Shown here in pieces: positions 60,595-61,891 of a stretch of 61,891 bases of DNA. The position numbers and the translations under genes are program-made. The notes under the pieces are model-generated. The model was not told the origin of the DNA. It searched no databases and was given only the letters and a program-made list of their open reading frames with translations. The stretch covers positions 1-61,891 of IMG/VR virus record IMGVR_UViG_3300044800_000230. The stretch is one strand, 5' to 3'. Each line of letters opens with the position of its first letter. Position 1 is the stretch's first letter. Source of the DNA: a virus (lineage: Duplodnaviria; Caudoviricetes).

Positions 60595-60766
60595 CGGTTG
60601 GCTCTATGGATGGAAAGATATTGCCGAGTATGTTGGATGTTCAGCCAAACAGGCCCAGTATTATGCAGCGAAACATCATCTTCCCATTGTTAGATTACCC
60701 AACAATAAACCCGCTGCCAAGCCATCAGAAATTGACCATTGGATGAGGGCACGAAGTTCTACTTAA
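60595..60766 (+). CDS. Small HTH DNA-binding protein (excisionase-like)
   Basis: LYGWKDIAEYVGCS.KQAQ...LPI....AKPSEIDHW. Confidence 0.65.
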
Positions 60767-60796
60767 GAAAGTAAAATTATTAGGAGAAAGTGATTT

Positions 60797-61621
60797 ATGT
60801 TTGCTCATCAGGTTATTGAAAGTCTTAAATTAATAGATGTTGCAAGATTGCCAATGAGAGATTTTATTATAACCTCTATCAGCAATGCACAACAATTTCA
60901 CATGGGGAATATAGAAGATTTGCAGAAATTTTCAAATCATTTAGCAGGACACATTTTATTCAAAGATGATATGGCAGAAAATGTAAGACTTCCGTATAAA
61001 TTAACGTGGTTTGATTATACCAGCATGAGTAAGAATAAACCTTCTAAGATTGGAATTTTAGCAGAAGAAAATAAAAAAGATGAAATAGTAGCCATTTTTT
61101 TTGGATTTTCTTCTAAATTAAATTTTTGGGTTGCATTACCATATAGAATTAAAATATCAATCGGTACTGGATGCAGTGAATTGAAAAACTTGTATTCAGA
61201 TATTACCAAAGAAGAAGTTGAGTCACATTTTCAATTAGAAAAAGGCTTTTGGTTGGGAGGTTTGAATATTTCATTATTATTTTTATCCTGTAAAAATATA
61301 GGAGTTAATAAAATATTGCCCCCAGAAAAATTGAATTTTAAAAGAAAAAACCAAGGGAAAACTCCATTATTTAGCTATCACGTTTTGTATCTTCGCCAAA
61401 CAAGTCCAAAAGAAAAATCTATTCCTCAAAATCTTTGGAAAAATCGGATTCATTTATGTCGTGGACATTTCAAGTTATACACCATTGAACATCCTTTATT
61501 TGGAAAATTTACAGGTCGTTATTGGTGGCAAGCCCAAGCAAGGGGAAATAGAAAAATGGGAATTATTTTAAAAGATTATGAGATTTGTCCAACCCTTGTC
61601 CAGCCATCTATTGTCCCTTGA
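60797..61621 (+). CDS. Hypothetical phage protein
   Basis: 274 aa; C-terminal RIHLCRGHFK..RYWW..ARG motif. Confidence 0.5.
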   Translation: MFAHQVIESLKLIDVARLPMRDFIITSISNAQQFHMGNIEDLQKFSNHLAGHILFKDDMAENVRLPYKLTWFDYTSMSKNKPSKIGILAEENKKDEIVAIFFGFSSKLNFWVALPYRIKISIGTGCSELKNLYSDITKEEVESHFQLEKGFWLGGLNISLLFLSCKNIGVNKILPPEKLNFKRKNQGKTPLFSYHVLYLRQTSPKEKSIPQNLWKNRIHLCRGHFKLYTIEHPLFGKFTGRYWWQAQARGNRKMGIILKDYEICPTLVQPSIVP

Positions 61622-61648
61622 GAAACAACAATAAAAATTAATCAATCT

Positions 61649-61683
61649 TTCGCTTCTATTCCCTTCTATTCCCTTCTATTCCC
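61649..61683 (+). repeat. Short tandem repeat (TTCTATTCCC)x3
   Basis: Read directly from the sequence. Confidence 0.8.
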
Positions 61684-61800
61684 ATCCACACCCTTCTTAT
61701 TTGCCTCATCTCGCCTTGACTTTACTTTCTGTTTAGTATAAGCATACATCATACACTAAACCTTAATTCTGTGGACATAGGATAGGGTTTCATATGTCTT

Positions 61801-61830
61801 TTGAATACTCTTTTGCATTATGTCTATAAT
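61801..61830 (+). promoter_or_regulatory. Sigma70-like promoter upstream of the junction-spanning ORF
   Basis: TTGAAT-18 nt-TATAAT; ATG at 61837 just downstream (leaderless). Confidence 0.55.
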
Positions 61831-61891
61831 TTTATCATGAAAAGGAAAAAATCAGAATCCAGAGTAGAGCGCCGAAAAGAGAATATTTTAC

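Overview
The window looks like a complete or near-complete ~61.9 kb temperate siphovirus genome with an HK97-type head and a lambda-like tail tip; an ORF reads through the end-to-start junction, consistent with a circular contig. Gene order: HNH, terS, terL, portal, protease, major capsid; then ~15 kb carrying a nonulosonic-acid (pseudaminic-like) sugar pathway, an intein-interrupted CstII/Maf-like transferase and Ser/Thr-rich virion-type proteins; head-tail and tail genes; lysis; a leftward early operon; a repressor/Cro switch with twin operators; integrase with an attP-like site; methylases and a replication initiator. The most unusual locus is 57.2-59.4 kb. A solitary RAMP/Cas7-like gene, present as an exact tandem duplicate, sits among non-coding arrays with perfect 5-nt TT-NNN periodicity (13, 20, 17 and 10 units) and no CRISPR array or other cas genes. 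It is a candidate RNA-guided system using a gapped, short-period guide code. The second highlight is a probable virion-glycosylation system. All protein calls come from motif recognition by eye, not from database searches.
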